A DNA stretch of 64,000 nucleotides from Schizochytrium sp. TIO01 (taxonomy: Eukaryota; Protista; Bigyra: Labyrinthulomycetes), in the NCBI GenBank assembly GCA_004764695.1, contig SMSO01000004.1, forward strand, positions 434,001-498,000, given 5' to 3'. Below, in pieces: positions 27,786 to 40,943 of this stretch. Below the pieces are notes generated by a model, which saw only the letters and a list, made by a program, of their open reading frames with translations, ran no database searches and was not told the DNA's origin. Made by a program: the position numbers and the translations under genes. The first letter of the stretch is position 1. Each line of letters begins with the position of its first letter.

Positions 27786-30700
27786 ATGGATGGCTGGCAG
27801 TCTGCGCCCGGTAGCGCCTTCGACCAAGATCGAAGGATTTCAAAGCTTTGCTTGCCTGCTTGCAGTTTGTAGTTTGCAGTTTGCAGTTTGCAGTGCTGGC
27901 TGCTCAGCTGGCCGAAGAGCAGACGAAGGCAGGAGTTTTGAAGATGCTGATGGTTGCGTCTCGCTTCTTATGCCTCGAGTCGACTCGAAATAACTCTTCG
28001 GTCGGTCTCTTGCTTGGAGGAGCACGGAGTTCCAGTGCCATCATCGAAGAGAAGAGAAGAGAAGAAGACCCACCAGGCGGCGGTTTGCATGGGTCGCTCG
28101 CTCCATCAATCACTTGATGATGTTTTCAACAAGAACAGACATCGCAATGCTGCTGCGCTGTTTTGCTGTGTTTGGCTGGCCACAAAAATTTCGTTGCGGT
28201 CGGATATTACAGTGACAACTGCATGCATGCATATGGGGTCTTCTTCACGTGCTGTGGCATAGCTCGCGATTTCTGAGCAGAACTCAGCGCCATGGCAGCT
28301 TGAATGCTTCGAATTGCGGGAAGGGGACAAGATACATACGCCCAGAGAGAAGTCAGCAAGGATCGAGTGAATCACGCGAAGCAATCCCAAAGGGCGAAGA
28401 AGCAGCTTCGCTCGCTTAGGATGATGAGAACTGCACGGCCGTATAAGGCAGCCAGTTGTACTACTTAGTTGGTGCGCAATTTCACCACATTAAAACAAGA
28501 ACTTACTCCCCCAACTGGCACATCCTTTGCAAGCAAATTGCTCTTTGAGCGATTGCATTCTTCGAGAGCAACTTCAGAACTCTGTCTACCAAGTAGTGCC
28601 ATTGCAACCATGCGCTAGCTCAGCAACCTTGGCAAAGTGGGAGCGACCCTGGTGGGGCCAGGAAGGCCTCTCCTACTTAGCCTGCATCATCATATCATCA
28701 TCACAGAGCAGTCTCATGCAATCCATTATCCCTCTCACCGGCACAGCAAATGGCCCACTCCACCTCTGGCGAAGTGGACTCCCCAACCAGGTCTGTGCAT
28801 GATTCTAGGTTTCGCAACAGATGATGGAAACCAAAACAAAGGGCAGGGTATACGCTTTCCGGCTGCCAGAGTCTCAGATCAAAGATGGTAGCCAGAATGC
28901 CTCAAACATTGGGGAGCACCAGCTGTCCTCCTTGCCGCGCCCTTCATGTACGCGCAGCAGCCGCAGAAAAGGCCAGGTCGCTGGTGGGACACCAGACAAG
29001 TGTCGGTCGGTCAATTCTATTACAAAAGAACAGCCAAGAGAACTCAGAGGAAGACCTGAAGAACATACTTTTCAATTTTTATTTTAAAACCATAAAAAGC
29101 AAATACTTTTTTATTTCCATTTGGTGATTTTTTAATGATTATTTATTTATTTTAAGGTTTAAAGGAAAGGTTGGGGTCTAAAGACCTACCTGCAGAGAGT
29201 AAAAGCAATATCTAAAGTATTAAAATTTAATTTTTAATAGTAAGGACACATATATACATTCATGCAAAACAAACATGCATGCAAACAAACAAACTTACAC
29301 ACCCTGAAAGAAAAAATAGAAAAATTGTCTCGTGTCTCGTGAGACGTATTAGAAAAGCTGAATGTCTGAAAGCAAGTCTTAAAGCTTTTCCAAAAGCAAG
29401 AATTATTATCTAATTTGCTAACTTTATAGGTTTTAAGGGGTGAAGATTTTTTCGGCTAAAGGAAAAAATCAAGATATGTGAGGTGGAGTGAAATGAAGTT
29501 TGAGATCTTGATCGTTGTATTGGGCATTTGCCTGGTGGCAAAGTAATACAACGCGAATGTGGAGGTCGGCATAAAGCTAGTTATCCGCCGTAATAGATGA
29601 GGACACATACTTTGCGATAAGTGGATAGTTCTTGCGGTTTAAGCAATTCAGCAAACATATGGCATAGTAGAGGACTAATAGGAAAATAAATATCTTTGCG
29701 GGGATGAAAAGACCGACCCTGTGCTGCAGAGCAGCCAGGACTATGGAAGGGTCGTATTAGTGGACGATTCCAGACAACCAAACTTAGATCAACTTTCTTT
29801 CATCACCAGGCGGGAAGCCTCACTGGGATTCTTTGAGGTAGCGCCCACACACAACACCTAAACTAAAAGATGCCTAAATGTAGATAACAGACTTTGTAAA
29901 TCTTAGGTTCCGGTAATGCATTGGCAGCAGATCCAAACAAGATATTGACTGACCCGCTTTATTTGCTGAAGTCGCAAATTTTGACAGAGACAATCGCTAC
30001 CTATGTCGTTCTCTCCATGATTGTCAATCCAATTGACTCCATTGTCTTGTTTCTATACCGTTTCCATAATCTATCCTGTTTTTCTGAAAGCTGGTAAACT
30101 TTGGCTTCGTGCTCAGTCTTGTGGTTGAGGAGCAACAGCCATGTCAAGAAAGTTGAAGAGAGGAATCAAATACCGGCCACTTGAACTTGCAGCGCCTCCT
30201 ATGCTGCATTCTAATTTTGTCACTTGCTTTCTGTCACGTAGCAAGTGTCTATGTCACGCCATAGAATAGGAATTAGTGAATGGTGAGCCATTATTTTATT
30301 TATCAAAAATACATATTATGATAATATATATTAAAAATTAAACATTGTTTTAATAGATGAATAAGATACCTACTTATATCCTTTTTAACTTTAGAAATAT
30401 AGAATCTCTTAGTAGAGTAACTAGTATCCACATCAAATTTCTTACTGAAAGAAAACATTTTAAACATTGGAAAACTTTTGAAAAAAGAAAATGTCGATTG
30501 GCATATATCAAAGCTTTCCAACTCAAGCGCTTCTTGCTGCCAGTGCAATTACGCGGTTTCACATATACAACTTTATGTATGTTAAAGCCTCAGTCTAATC
30601 CGTATACCACATTACATGTTTTCTTCTAAGCAAAGTGGCCGGTTCGATTGATAAGAGTGTATTTTCAAATTTGTATACTCACAGAATTGGGTCCGCGGTC

Positions 30701-33700
30701 TTATTAAAAGTTTATCCAACTGTTTCTTCGTAAAAAAAGAGAAAAAAAGTGTCCTGGAATAAGTATTTTATATAAACTTCTCTTTTAAAGAGTATAATTT
30801 TTCAAAATTAATTATTATTCATCATATAACAATAGTTATATTAATAAGAGAGGGGGAATAACATTTGATAGGGGTCAATTAATGATGAAAAGAAAAATCA
30901 ACAGTGATGCTTCACAGTTCTTCAAGAACCGAATTGATAACTTGTAATTACCTACTATCAGCACAGCAACGCATGTCAAATTCTGAATTTTCGTATCTTC
31001 AGTTACCCTGACTGCATTTCAAGATTTCTATGCTGACCTACTCATTACCCCCCTCTTGCGAAAGCAAATTTATGAAAGCTGTTGTTTATTCGCTCAATTT
31101 GAGGCTCCATGGATTACCTTTTATTTACAAACACGTGCAAATGTGCCGACGACATAACTTATAAATTCAACGGATTAATTGAATCTAACTGGTTCAACTT
31201 GGCACCAACTACCACTCTTTAATATATTTCTAAACAGGCGGTTTATTTAACTTTGTTGTATAAAATTCCTTATTCATGTGTGTAAACTCATACTACAACC
31301 TGATCAAACTAGCAAGGTGTAACTAAAACCATTCAGGAGAGTGCATATTTTTCTTTTTAAAGAAGGCAAAGCTTTTGTAGATACTAAAGTGCGCTGTATT
31401 GTTAACTATTGAATGAGATGGCGTCCTTTTTTCGCCGCATGTAGTTGTAACGGAAAAAAGGTTTTGGAAGTAGAAGTCGAAACTGCTCGGTGTTTGAGGT
31501 GAGACAAAACAGAAGCACTTAAAGTATTGTATAGCCTGAGCTAAACTAACTTATCATTGGCGGCCTGTTACACTCACGCATAGCGGGGTGAATCCTATGG
31601 GCAGTAAATTAACGCGCCAGGGAAATATAATTTCTTCAGTTAAAAAAACTACCTATTAAGGCATTGTACACTTTAAAGCTGCCAGCACACCAAATAGATG
31701 GTGAGTGCCATTAACTGCACGAATTGAAATGAGAATAGCCTCGCTCGAGAGGGGGGACAGTAGTGCTCTAAGAGAAGCAGCTAGCTTCTCATGAGCTCTT
31801 ACAATTAACGACTGTGGGGAAAGTCCATCGGAAGGTGCTGCAACAGTCTTGCCTCTTGATGACTAGCTCGGTGTCTTTTCTGCTCGTACCGTATCCTCAA
31901 GATAGGCAAACGGCAGAGGCTTTTATTGCTATGGCAGAGAGAGGAGATAATAACGCTCGAAACATATTGCGCGAAGTGCTTTCAGAAAGGGTATTGGCGA
32001 TTATTGTTAAAATTATATGGAATATTTTTTCGGGAATAAGCAGGTTTGATTTCGTAGCCCTTGGTCACTTCCCGAGTGCTGCAACATAGGTGTGGTATTT
32101 TGCAGCTCTCATTTAGGTTTCAGATGAGGTCAATCAACACAAAGCCATTTCGCATGTGTGCTGGCAAAAAGGTCTGTGGCTGTGTAGAGGAATGCGCTCC
32201 TCTCAAATAACGATGGGTAGGTATACCAACATAAAAAATCAAAATCTTCAAACAAAGAGGGAGGTTTCATTCCATTTGTTTCATTCGTCCAAAATCAGTT
32301 TTATCGAGAAACGTGAATTTCGAAGTTTGCTCATCCAGGTTCAGAGTGTAGCTAGTAAGACATTATTTTATGTATATCTATGGCGCAAAGCATATTTTCG
32401 TATTTTATGACTTATTGAATTTGGATCAATTCCTTCTCATTTCACGTTTAACAACTTACTTTTTCCTTCTTTCTTTCCAGAATCTTTATTTTGTTGATCA
32501 ATCTTAGGAAATGATGTTTTTCTTAACAACATCACTTTAGCGAAAATTGCTAGGTCTACTTGGTGCTACATTATCACTTGCAACTACATCCATGCATCAA
32601 AGCGAGGCAGCTAATTCACAGATTTATAAAAACCACTGTGTTTCTGTCACTGAAGACAGTTAATAACGGAAGGTAACTATGGATATGTACGTTTATTATG
32701 TAGCAACACTGCATATTACTAGTCTTGCAAACAGCTTCACTTTCCCTCAGCCAACTAAAAATAGATAAATCGAAACGTAGAGGTTATTTCAAACAACAAC
32801 TTTAAAAGAAAAATCGCTAATCGTACTAATAATTCAAAGTATTGGAATAAATTCATCATTTTTATTTATTCACTTTCCATTAGTGAGGAAGAAAAAAATA
32901 TTAAGAAAAACTTTTGCTGGTGGGTGGGGATCATTTTTGCGTCGAGTTGGGTTATCACGGTAATTAGTTTAAAGCTTCTGTCAGCACAGAAGCGGACAAT
33001 GCCTATAAAGAGTTGATTTTCGAGCGTTCGTAATCGGTCTATTTTTGTGAATTGAATTATAAAATCGGAAGATTATGGGTTAATAGCAGGATATGAGAAT
33101 GCTCTTCAAAACATCATAGGTATTCTCCTAAACACAAGGTAAGTGATGCTGTCTCAATGACTTTATCTTGGACTTTAATGTATCTGTTCAATGGGGTCTT
33201 ATCATTCCCAGGCAAGCATTGATAAATGAACTTGAGAATAGCTAGAATATAGTGATAGTAAGTTAACTCCAAAGATATCTATTTAATTTGGTATGGCTAT
33301 TGAGGATATAATGTATCCTTAATTGAAAGAACATGCTTCATGTGCATCAGACCTACTTTTCACAACCTCTTGGTATAAATTAGATTATACACATGACATC
33401 CTTTTCCCTCCCTGCCTTCTTTTTCTGCGCGCATGCGATAATGAAAGACATATATGGAAGAAATGGAGGAGACAAAAAAAAGTCTTCCGCAGAAAGAAGG
33501 AAAGCTGTCAGCTTTGCAAATGTTCGAGTTATTTTAGCCTGGAGAATGGCGCATGCCCTGTGAACTACTTTAGTGAAAGTCAACGTAACAGGGCTCCAAA
33601 ACCTCCACTTCAGCTCATTGCGAAATCTTCGTTCAGACCTACAAAAATGAAAGACCTGGTGCCTAATTGTGGCCGCTCCTTTTTATTGCACCACTAGCTG

Positions 33701-36354
33701 CTGTGCTGGTCATCTTGTATTGTTTGAGTCCAGATTCACGCCTAGGGATTCACTATCTCCATCTACCTCTTGGTTGCCACAACAGCTGGAACTTAAGAGG
33801 TCCTATTTGGCAGGAGTGGTTATTCCTACTGCGTCTCCTGATGTCATCTAGCCCTGACATGCACTGACCTATCAGAGCAAAGAGGACATGAGGATTACAA
33901 TGATGACAAATCAAAATTGTAGCGGCTGCTTATAAAGTAAGATTGGTGAAGCCCTTTGTAATTTTCGCGTTTTGTTTTTTGAATATGAGCAGCTACGGTC
34001 TAAATCTACCCTCCCACGGAAGCCTGTACTTTTTTTGGGCTGATTCCTGGTTGTTGAAGTTGTAAGATCGCACATTCCATCTTGAACGGGTTTTCGCCCG
34101 GTTTGCATAGTAAGCAATTCACTCCAAGTGCTGGGCAGAAGAGCACCTCCTGCAATTGATAGTTGCTCGAGGGTAAGTACAATTTCTCTTCTTGTGTAAT
34201 TCTATTTAGATGAAACAAGGCTCTCATATGTGCAACAAGGGATGCACATGCAAGTCTTAAACCTGGGTTCATTTGATAGCCTTACCGCGGAAGAGAAGTT
34301 TGGTGAACGCTGTGAGACTAAATGCTGTGCGATCGGCATTTTGTATATTTTTAATTTTTTAATTAAAATAATAATAATAATAGTAATACTCTCTACCACT
34401 AATGATTAATAAACCGCGTCTCCCTTACTCTTATTACTCCTTACCTCATTTTTATAAAAAGATTTCGTTTATCTTTTAAATAGAAAAATAGAAATAATAT
34501 AACTGAAAAAAGCTGTTGTATATTTATTTTCATCCAAAGCCACCAGTACACTTGACTCTCTTGCGACTGACACACAAAAACCATGCGATTCGATCCGTTT
34601 TCAAAGCAGCGTCAGACTTAGGGTTGAAGCAGCTTCTGCATCGGGAAAGAATGTTTTCTCTAGGTCTTCCGCTACCACAAGAATATTGTGGGGATGGAGA
34701 ACTCAGTCTTGTCAGCAAATATTGAAGTAACTTACATCACCAAACCTTCGCTCGCGCATTTACACAGACACCTCAGAAAGTTCTGTTGAAACTTTCTTGC
34801 ATTTGTCTGCTTTCAAAGTGCAGTGCACAATGTATGAAATGGAGGAAACACATTCAGAAAAGCCTGTATCAGACTCCACGATGTGGAAACCAGTATCTTA
34901 GCATGAGCAAAGACATGTAGGTCATTGATCGATTCCCATCTATTAGGAAGCACTTGCAAAGCTAAGTGACTTTAGTTAGGACCATGGAAACAATTTATGA
35001 GATCCAATTTAACTTTATTCTGTGTGTAGTACTTAAAAGTTAGGTTTTATCAAATTTGCCTGAGTTCATCGTTGTTGATCTAAACATGATTCATGAAAAT
35101 GTCACACCGAGAGAATTTGTGACGTTTGCTGCTTCTATTCGTTTTGATACTCCTATGAAGAGAATTTCCCGAATATTTAATCGTATAACGCTCTTACCTT
35201 ACAAATCTCTATTCTAAAAAGAACACTCTTATTGTCCAATAAATCCCTATATAAATTGTGTATATAAATTGTATTCTTGTAACGATGATTATTCTTGTCA
35301 AAAAGAAGCGGTTTGGGGGTCGCCAGGCCTCAATCACTCTAAGATAGTTTTAGCTGATCTCTGAAGTACTCCAGACTATGGATAGTCTCGGCTATGACGC
35401 AATGCTCTACGCACGGCCTTGTTTCAGGTGTTATTTGCCATCTTTCATTTCAATTCTTCATAAATTTTCTTCCTTCAACCACTTTATGTGATTCTGACAA
35501 AAATCAAACGTGAATGATCCCTTCTTATTATATATATTTTATTGAGATGGCAATATAATATTATATTTTCAGGAGAGTCCTGCGTCTCACGGTTTTCCCC
35601 ATGTATTTGGCTTTGAATGAATTTCCAGGACTGTTTCCCTGTGGAAAGGTAAACTGTGATGTGCTTCCCCCAAATCTTCTAAAGCATTTGTGCTTGGTAA
35701 TTACTTAGCTTGTAGTCTAATGTTATAACGCTAGTATGATCTCACGTATATCAAATCGATCATCCTCATATTTAAGCACCTGCCTACCTAGCAAGCTGAG
35801 TACGAAATTGATTTGGGTTGACTCATATTGACCCAAACGTTTGAGAAACAAAAATAAAGAATAACGAAGAAAATTTACGGGACAAATAAAAGTTGAACAT
35901 GCAGCCCATCTATGTGCAACAGCAAAACATGTAAGCCCCCGGTTGCCTCTCCCGGCGTAACTTACAGAAGCTATTGTCTGTCCCATGTCCCTGGCAGGCA
36001 CTGAGTTCGCAGTCCCGAAATATATGGGTCCCATACTCCTCCCTAGCAGATGTAAGGTATGGTGTGTACTCCGCTATCAACGGCATCAAAATGGGAACTT
36101 GCGAGGGCTTTCATTGACGCTTTCTTTATAGCTATCTATTTGCCCATTCATGCTTCGCAATTGAACGCGGTGTCTACATTTCTGTCGAAAGAGTGATACG
36201 AGACGAAGGCGTGTTTTGACATATTGCGTGGTTTCACTATTCTTACTCTTATAGAAGTTCTCTGACAGCTTCTCAAATGTGCAAGGCGCAGTAGCGCGGA
36301 GCTTCTCTTGAGTCTACAGAGAGATAGACACATTGAGATCGCGGCATCGTCAAC

Positions 36355-38433
36355 ATGCTCGGCAACTCGTCGCCACCTATGATGCAGTCACGCCGACTTG
36401 CACTCAAAGAGGTCACACGGGAAGAACTTCATGAGTCGAAAGATCAAGCCCGGCATGAGCTCCCAAAAGCAGTCCAAAAGATGTCGCGCGCAGACACAGT
36501 ATGCAGGTTCTGTGGCGTATCATACCTTATTTTCAATGAGTTCAAAGATCTCGAGAGCAAACTTCAAGTGACCCAAGAAGAATTACAGGAGGCTAAGAGG
36601 ACGAATAACCTTGATGAGCGGATTGAACAAGCTCTCACAGAACAGGCATCAAAGTTTGATCTGGAACGTAAGCAACTTCAAGCGAAATTCAATAAGCAAG
36701 AAAGCAACTTCGTCAAAGATATTCAGCAGCGAGATGACCTCGCGCACCGCAAGCAACTTGTTCTGCAACAGCAGATTGCTCGTCTTGCTCGAAGTTTGGG
36801 CTCAATTCGGACAGAACATGAGAGCTTACGGAGTTTTGTGAAAAAATCTATACGCACTGAGCGCTCTACACTTCAAGATGCTTTTCGAAATGTTATTGAT
36901 CGAGCAGGGAGCATTGAACATGGCATTTCAAAACATCAGAACGAGGCACTCTCGCATGAGCAAAAGGCAGTAGAACTCCATTCCGAAATTTTGAAGCAAA
37001 CACAAGAAGTAAACGAATTTAAGCGCGAAATCAAAAGGCTTCAAGAAGATCTCCAGGCCGCTCAGACAAACGCTGCGAGCTCAATTTCGGATCTCACATC
37101 CAAAACAGAGGCAGACATTTCGAATCTCCAGAAAGAACACAGAAAGGAAGTTGAGTCTCTTGTCAAGAAGCACATGCACATGTTAGAGAAAGAAAGAGCA
37201 GAAAATATAACCAGGGTCCAAGACCTCAAAGCGAATTGGAGCTCTGAGCGACTACGAATTGAAGCAGAAGCTTACGCAAATCTAAGTCAACTTCGGAATG
37301 ACCTCGAAACGCGTTTCCGAGAAGAACGAATAAAACAATTTGAATCGCACAGTTTAGAAATTGAACAAGGAAAGCTCATTATGAGGACGGTGCAGGAGCG
37401 CCTGAAAGGTATTGAATCTGAACGCGAACATCTTCAATGCGACTTGGAAACATTAAAAACGAAGTATGCACACATGCAAGAGAAATTTACACAAGCGGAA
37501 AAGGCGCGGTTGGATGTCTTGACAGACCTCCAACAAGCGCAGGGATCAGCAAACGAAGCGAGCTCACAGTGTGCAAAATTTGAGGCCGAGTTACGTATCA
37601 CAATCGATCATCACACATCAGAAGTTCAACGTCTTGAAGCAGAGATTTCCAAACTACAAGATTGTGCAGGAGCCTTGAGATCAAAGGAGGAGGCAACTGC
37701 AATTGAGCTTGCCAATATTCGGCAGCAGTCAGCACAGCAGTCTCTTAGATTAGAAGAGACATTAGACAAATTACAAGATGCTAATGAGAGAATCAAACAA
37801 ATGCAATCTTTGGTTCAAAGCATCGAAACTCAAAATGCGATTGAACAATCGAGTGTCGTTAGAGAGTTGGAAAAGCAGTTGCAAAAAGCACAAGATAATG
37901 CAACCCAGACCTCGGTACAAGCCTTAAAAGAAAAAAGGCAGGTTGAAGCTGAACTGATATCTCTACGAGCAGAAGTTGAAGATACGAAACAGGTCATTGC
38001 AAAGGCGAATCAAAAAATCGACATCTTAGAAGCCTCATTACAAGCCAAAAATGCATCGCTGCAACAAGTTGAGGCTCTGTGTAAGGAGCTACAGTCAGAG
38101 ACAACGAATCTTCGCTTGATTCGCGCTCAATGTGAAAATTATAAACAACAGCTTGCAGAGTTGCAAGGTGTAAGAAATCATTGCAAGGACCTCGAGAAGC
38201 AACTTGCAGATGTGAATAACACGATACAGAATACAGCTAAACAACAAAATACTACTAGTAGCGATGAGGTAATTGGACCTTCTTTTGAAGACCTTGAGGC
38301 ATTAGAACAGCATATGATTCGTCTCTCAGGCTTAGTTCGTCAGAAAGATGCAGAGATTAAAGTATTACAAGCCACAGTCCACCGACAGTGCCTTGAACGT
38401 ACATCTATTCTGAGTAGTAATCAGAGAACTTAA
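36355..38433 (+). CDS. LEKR1: LEKR1-like long coiled-coil protein
   Basis: N-terminal HELPKAVQKMSRADTVCRFCGVSYLIFNEFK and C-terminal LQATVHRQCLER match my recollection of conserved LEKR1 motifs; the rest is heptad-rich coiled coil. Confidence 0.8.
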   Translation: MLGNSSPPMMQSRRLALKEVTREELHESKDQARHELPKAVQKMSRADTVCRFCGVSYLIFNEFKDLESKLQVTQEELQEAKRTNNLDERIEQALTEQASKFDLERKQLQAKFNKQESNFVKDIQQRDDLAHRKQLVLQQQIARLARSLGSIRTEHESLRSFVKKSIRTERSTLQDAFRNVIDRAGSIEHGISKHQNEALSHEQKAVELHSEILKQTQEVNEFKREIKRLQEDLQAAQTNAASSISDLTSKTEADISNLQKEHRKEVESLVKKHMHMLEKERAENITRVQDLKANWSSERLRIEAEAYANLSQLRNDLETRFREERIKQFESHSLEIEQGKLIMRTVQERLKGIESEREHLQCDLETLKTKYAHMQEKFTQAEKARLDVLTDLQQAQGSANEASSQCAKFEAELRITIDHHTSEVQRLEAEISKLQDCAGALRSKEEATAIELANIRQQSAQQSLRLEETLDKLQDANERIKQMQSLVQSIETQNAIEQSSVVRELEKQLQKAQDNATQTSVQALKEKRQVEAELISLRAEVEDTKQVIAKANQKIDILEASLQAKNASLQQVEALCKELQSETTNLRLIRAQCENYKQQLAELQGVRNHCKDLEKQLADVNNTIQNTAKQQNTTSSDEVIGPSFEDLEALEQHMIRLSGLVRQKDAEIKVLQATVHRQCLERTSILSSNQRT

Positions 38434-39449
38434 TTATTATCTACAGAGCTAAGGGACGTTGGTTGTTATGTTGGGCTTTCCTATTTGTATGTTATGATAC
38501 TTACAATCAGCAAATATAGAGTGCGCTTGGTTCTTTTGCTTTTGCTTTTTTTTTGTCATCCATGTGTGCGATTGATTTAAATATGTCAAACTCCTAATGA
38601 TTGTCTCGAACTGCGAGTGCAAAGCGGAAAATGTTTCCTTCGTCCATTAGAATTTATAAAGAATCGTCTAAGGAAAAGAACATTAATGATTATTGAGCAT
38701 TAAGCAAGCTCTCGTTAAACCCCTCTGCCTTTTATATATTAAATGTAGTTTTTTATCAATAGTACTGGATGCTATTTAACACCTTATCATGATTCGTAAC
38801 TAAATATCCCACAATTTAGGAGAGAGAAAAATGATTTTGTATGGGTATGCAAGAAGAAACGGTGATGCAGCTGGAGAATGAAGTCTTTTTCAAAAGATTT
38901 CCTCCTGTTTCATCAAAATTAGAGGCAGACATTAGGCAAGCAAGCGCGTTATCACTAGCACAATCTATGTTGGGTATCTACCAGTTTATTTATTCTAAAA
39001 AGTAACCTCAATTCAGCGATTTCCAGCTGAAAGGTCCTAAAAGAAGATAATGAGCTACAATTGCACACGTGCGCGCAGCAACGTTTGATCTTACATTCAA
39101 ATCATGATCTGGTTGTAGGCAGCAACAACTAACCTAACTAACTACTGAATCACAGCGAACAAACGCAAGTTGACCTCCTCGCATGATGGTTGATTGCGCG
39201 CTTCCTCGCCCCCCCCCCAAAAAAACAGGGAGTTTTCTTTTAATGCTCTATAAACCACCAGGTGGTGATAGATGGCAATGCAGTCGGAAAAGATAAAAAA
39301 TATCAAACAGCGCGAAATCTCTATTATTTCTTCGAATGGGATAACGTTAAAAAATGATGTTGGTGGAGAATGTAGGTATAGATGAAAGATATATAGCGAA
39401 AATAGCAGGCAGCTAAACACACAGATAGGCTCGCAAGCTTGCGAGATCA

Positions 39450-40538
39450 TCAAGTTGGCATGAGCCCAAGTGCTTCAAGGCTGTCTCGCAAAATAGAGTC
39501 CTTGCAGGCGTCGAATACTACCTGAACACCGTAGGTGTCAGTGGCACAGGTGACGTGTGTAAAAATGGTCTTTCTGGGGTCCTTTTTCTGCGCTAAGAAC
39601 TTTCGGCGCATCCAGTCTGCACCTTCTTGATAGTCAAAGCCAGTCGGAGCATCAGGAAAAAGCCCAGATTTATTAATGGGTATTTTGCGTTCACACAGTT
39701 TGTAGCGAAAGATATCGCTCTTGTTGAGGAAGAGCACAAGGTTTGTGCGTGTAAACCATTCGGAATTGCAAATATTATCGAAGAGTTCGAGCGCTTCTTC
39801 AAGGCGGTTTTTGTCTCTAGCTTCGAAAAGCATTTGGTCGTATTCGGAGATAGCCGCAACAAAGATGACAGCGGTTACCTCTTGAAAGCAGTGGATCCAT
39901 TTTCGTCGCTCGTTACGTTGGCCACCAACATCAATCAGTACAAAGTTAAAGCCGTCAATGTCGAACTGCTCCTCAACAATGCCGGAGGTGCGCACACGTG
40001 CGCGAATAGCATCTGCTATGCTCGGGATCCACGACGGTCCACCCCATTCAGGGTATTTATGACATTGCTTCGCGAAGTCTTCCCATCCATCAAGCACCTG
40101 AAAGTTTGATCGATCGTCCCAAGCTGCGAGAAAGTTCGGGTCTTGGTACAAAGTTGCGATAGCGTGTGCTGTTTCTGCGGTCAGCTCGACATTTTCCTCC
40201 ACCTCAAGCACCTTGTCTCCCAGAGTTTTGGACTCGCCCTCCAGAGGACGACCTGCTACGCCTTCGTTTGCGGCGCGAATAATTGCCTGTGCACCGCTTA
40301 CCAAGTTGTTGTGAATTGCGATGCGCAGTGCCGCGCGTTTCGCCTCGCTATAGCCTTCGCCATACAAGATCTGCATTTGCTTGAAAATGGTTGACTTGCC
40401 ACTGGAGCCTGCGCCCAAAAGGAGCAACTTGAGAAGCTGCTGTTGAGCCTTTTTCGCATGTCTTAAGTCATTGTTGATCTTGTCATCGACCTTGTTCGGC
40501 GTGTCATTCTCAGGCCCTTTGGACATGCGGCACCCCAT
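39450..40538 (-). CDS. Heterotrimeric G-protein alpha subunit
   Basis: Start MGC (myristoylation/palmitoylation motif) at 40538. G-boxes GAGSSGKST, RVRTSG, DVGGQRNERRKW, NKSD and TCATDT. Confidence 0.96.
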   Translation of the reverse strand: MGCRMSKGPENDTPNKVDDKINNDLRHAKKAQQQLLKLLLLGAGSSGKSTIFKQMQILYGEGYSEAKRAALRIAIHNNLVSGAQAIIRAANEGVAGRPLEGESKTLGDKVLEVEENVELTAETAHAIATLYQDPNFLAAWDDRSNFQVLDGWEDFAKQCHKYPEWGGPSWIPSIADAIRARVRTSGIVEEQFDIDGFNFVLIDVGGQRNERRKWIHCFQEVTAVIFVAAISEYDQMLFEARDKNRLEEALELFDNICNSEWFTRTNLVLFLNKSDIFRYKLCERKIPINKSGLFPDAPTGFDYQEGADWMRRKFLAQKKDPRKTIFTHVTCATDTYGVQVVFDACKDSILRDSLEALGLMPT

Positions 40539-40688
40539 CCTGCCGAGAAATGAAGTACAACAGTACACGAATATTTCGTTAACTCGCTTGCAAGTTGAAG
40601 AAACGTATTTGCCGTCGTTACAATTCGCACACGGAACCCTTCTTTTTACACAGGTAATAGCGGCTTAAGAGTCAACAATTGAATAACA

Positions 40689-40943
40689 ATGAACAATGCA
40701 ATGGAGGTCCCCGAGGCCAGATTGGAGTTTTGTCGTCGAATTAACTGCTTCGCAGAGACTCCCGAGACTTTCACAAGCGCTTTCAATGAGTCAGTTCACA
40801 ACCAAGCAGATCTCAATGTGGTGAATAAAATGAATTTAATCCTGGTTTCTCTAGCGAGACAGATGAATCGAAGCAAGGAGGCTGAGTTGAACTCCTTTGA
40901 CGAACAAGACTCAATGCAAAAACCGCTGCTCCAGCAGCAATGA
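40689..40943 (+). CDS. Possible small hypothetical protein (84 aa)
   Basis: ATG in an ACAATG context, divergent from G-alpha, with protein-like composition; no family recognised. Confidence 0.35.
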   Translation: MNNAMEVPEARLEFCRRINCFAETPETFTSAFNESVHNQADLNVVNKMNLILVSLARQMNRSKEAELNSFDEQDSMQKPLLQQQ

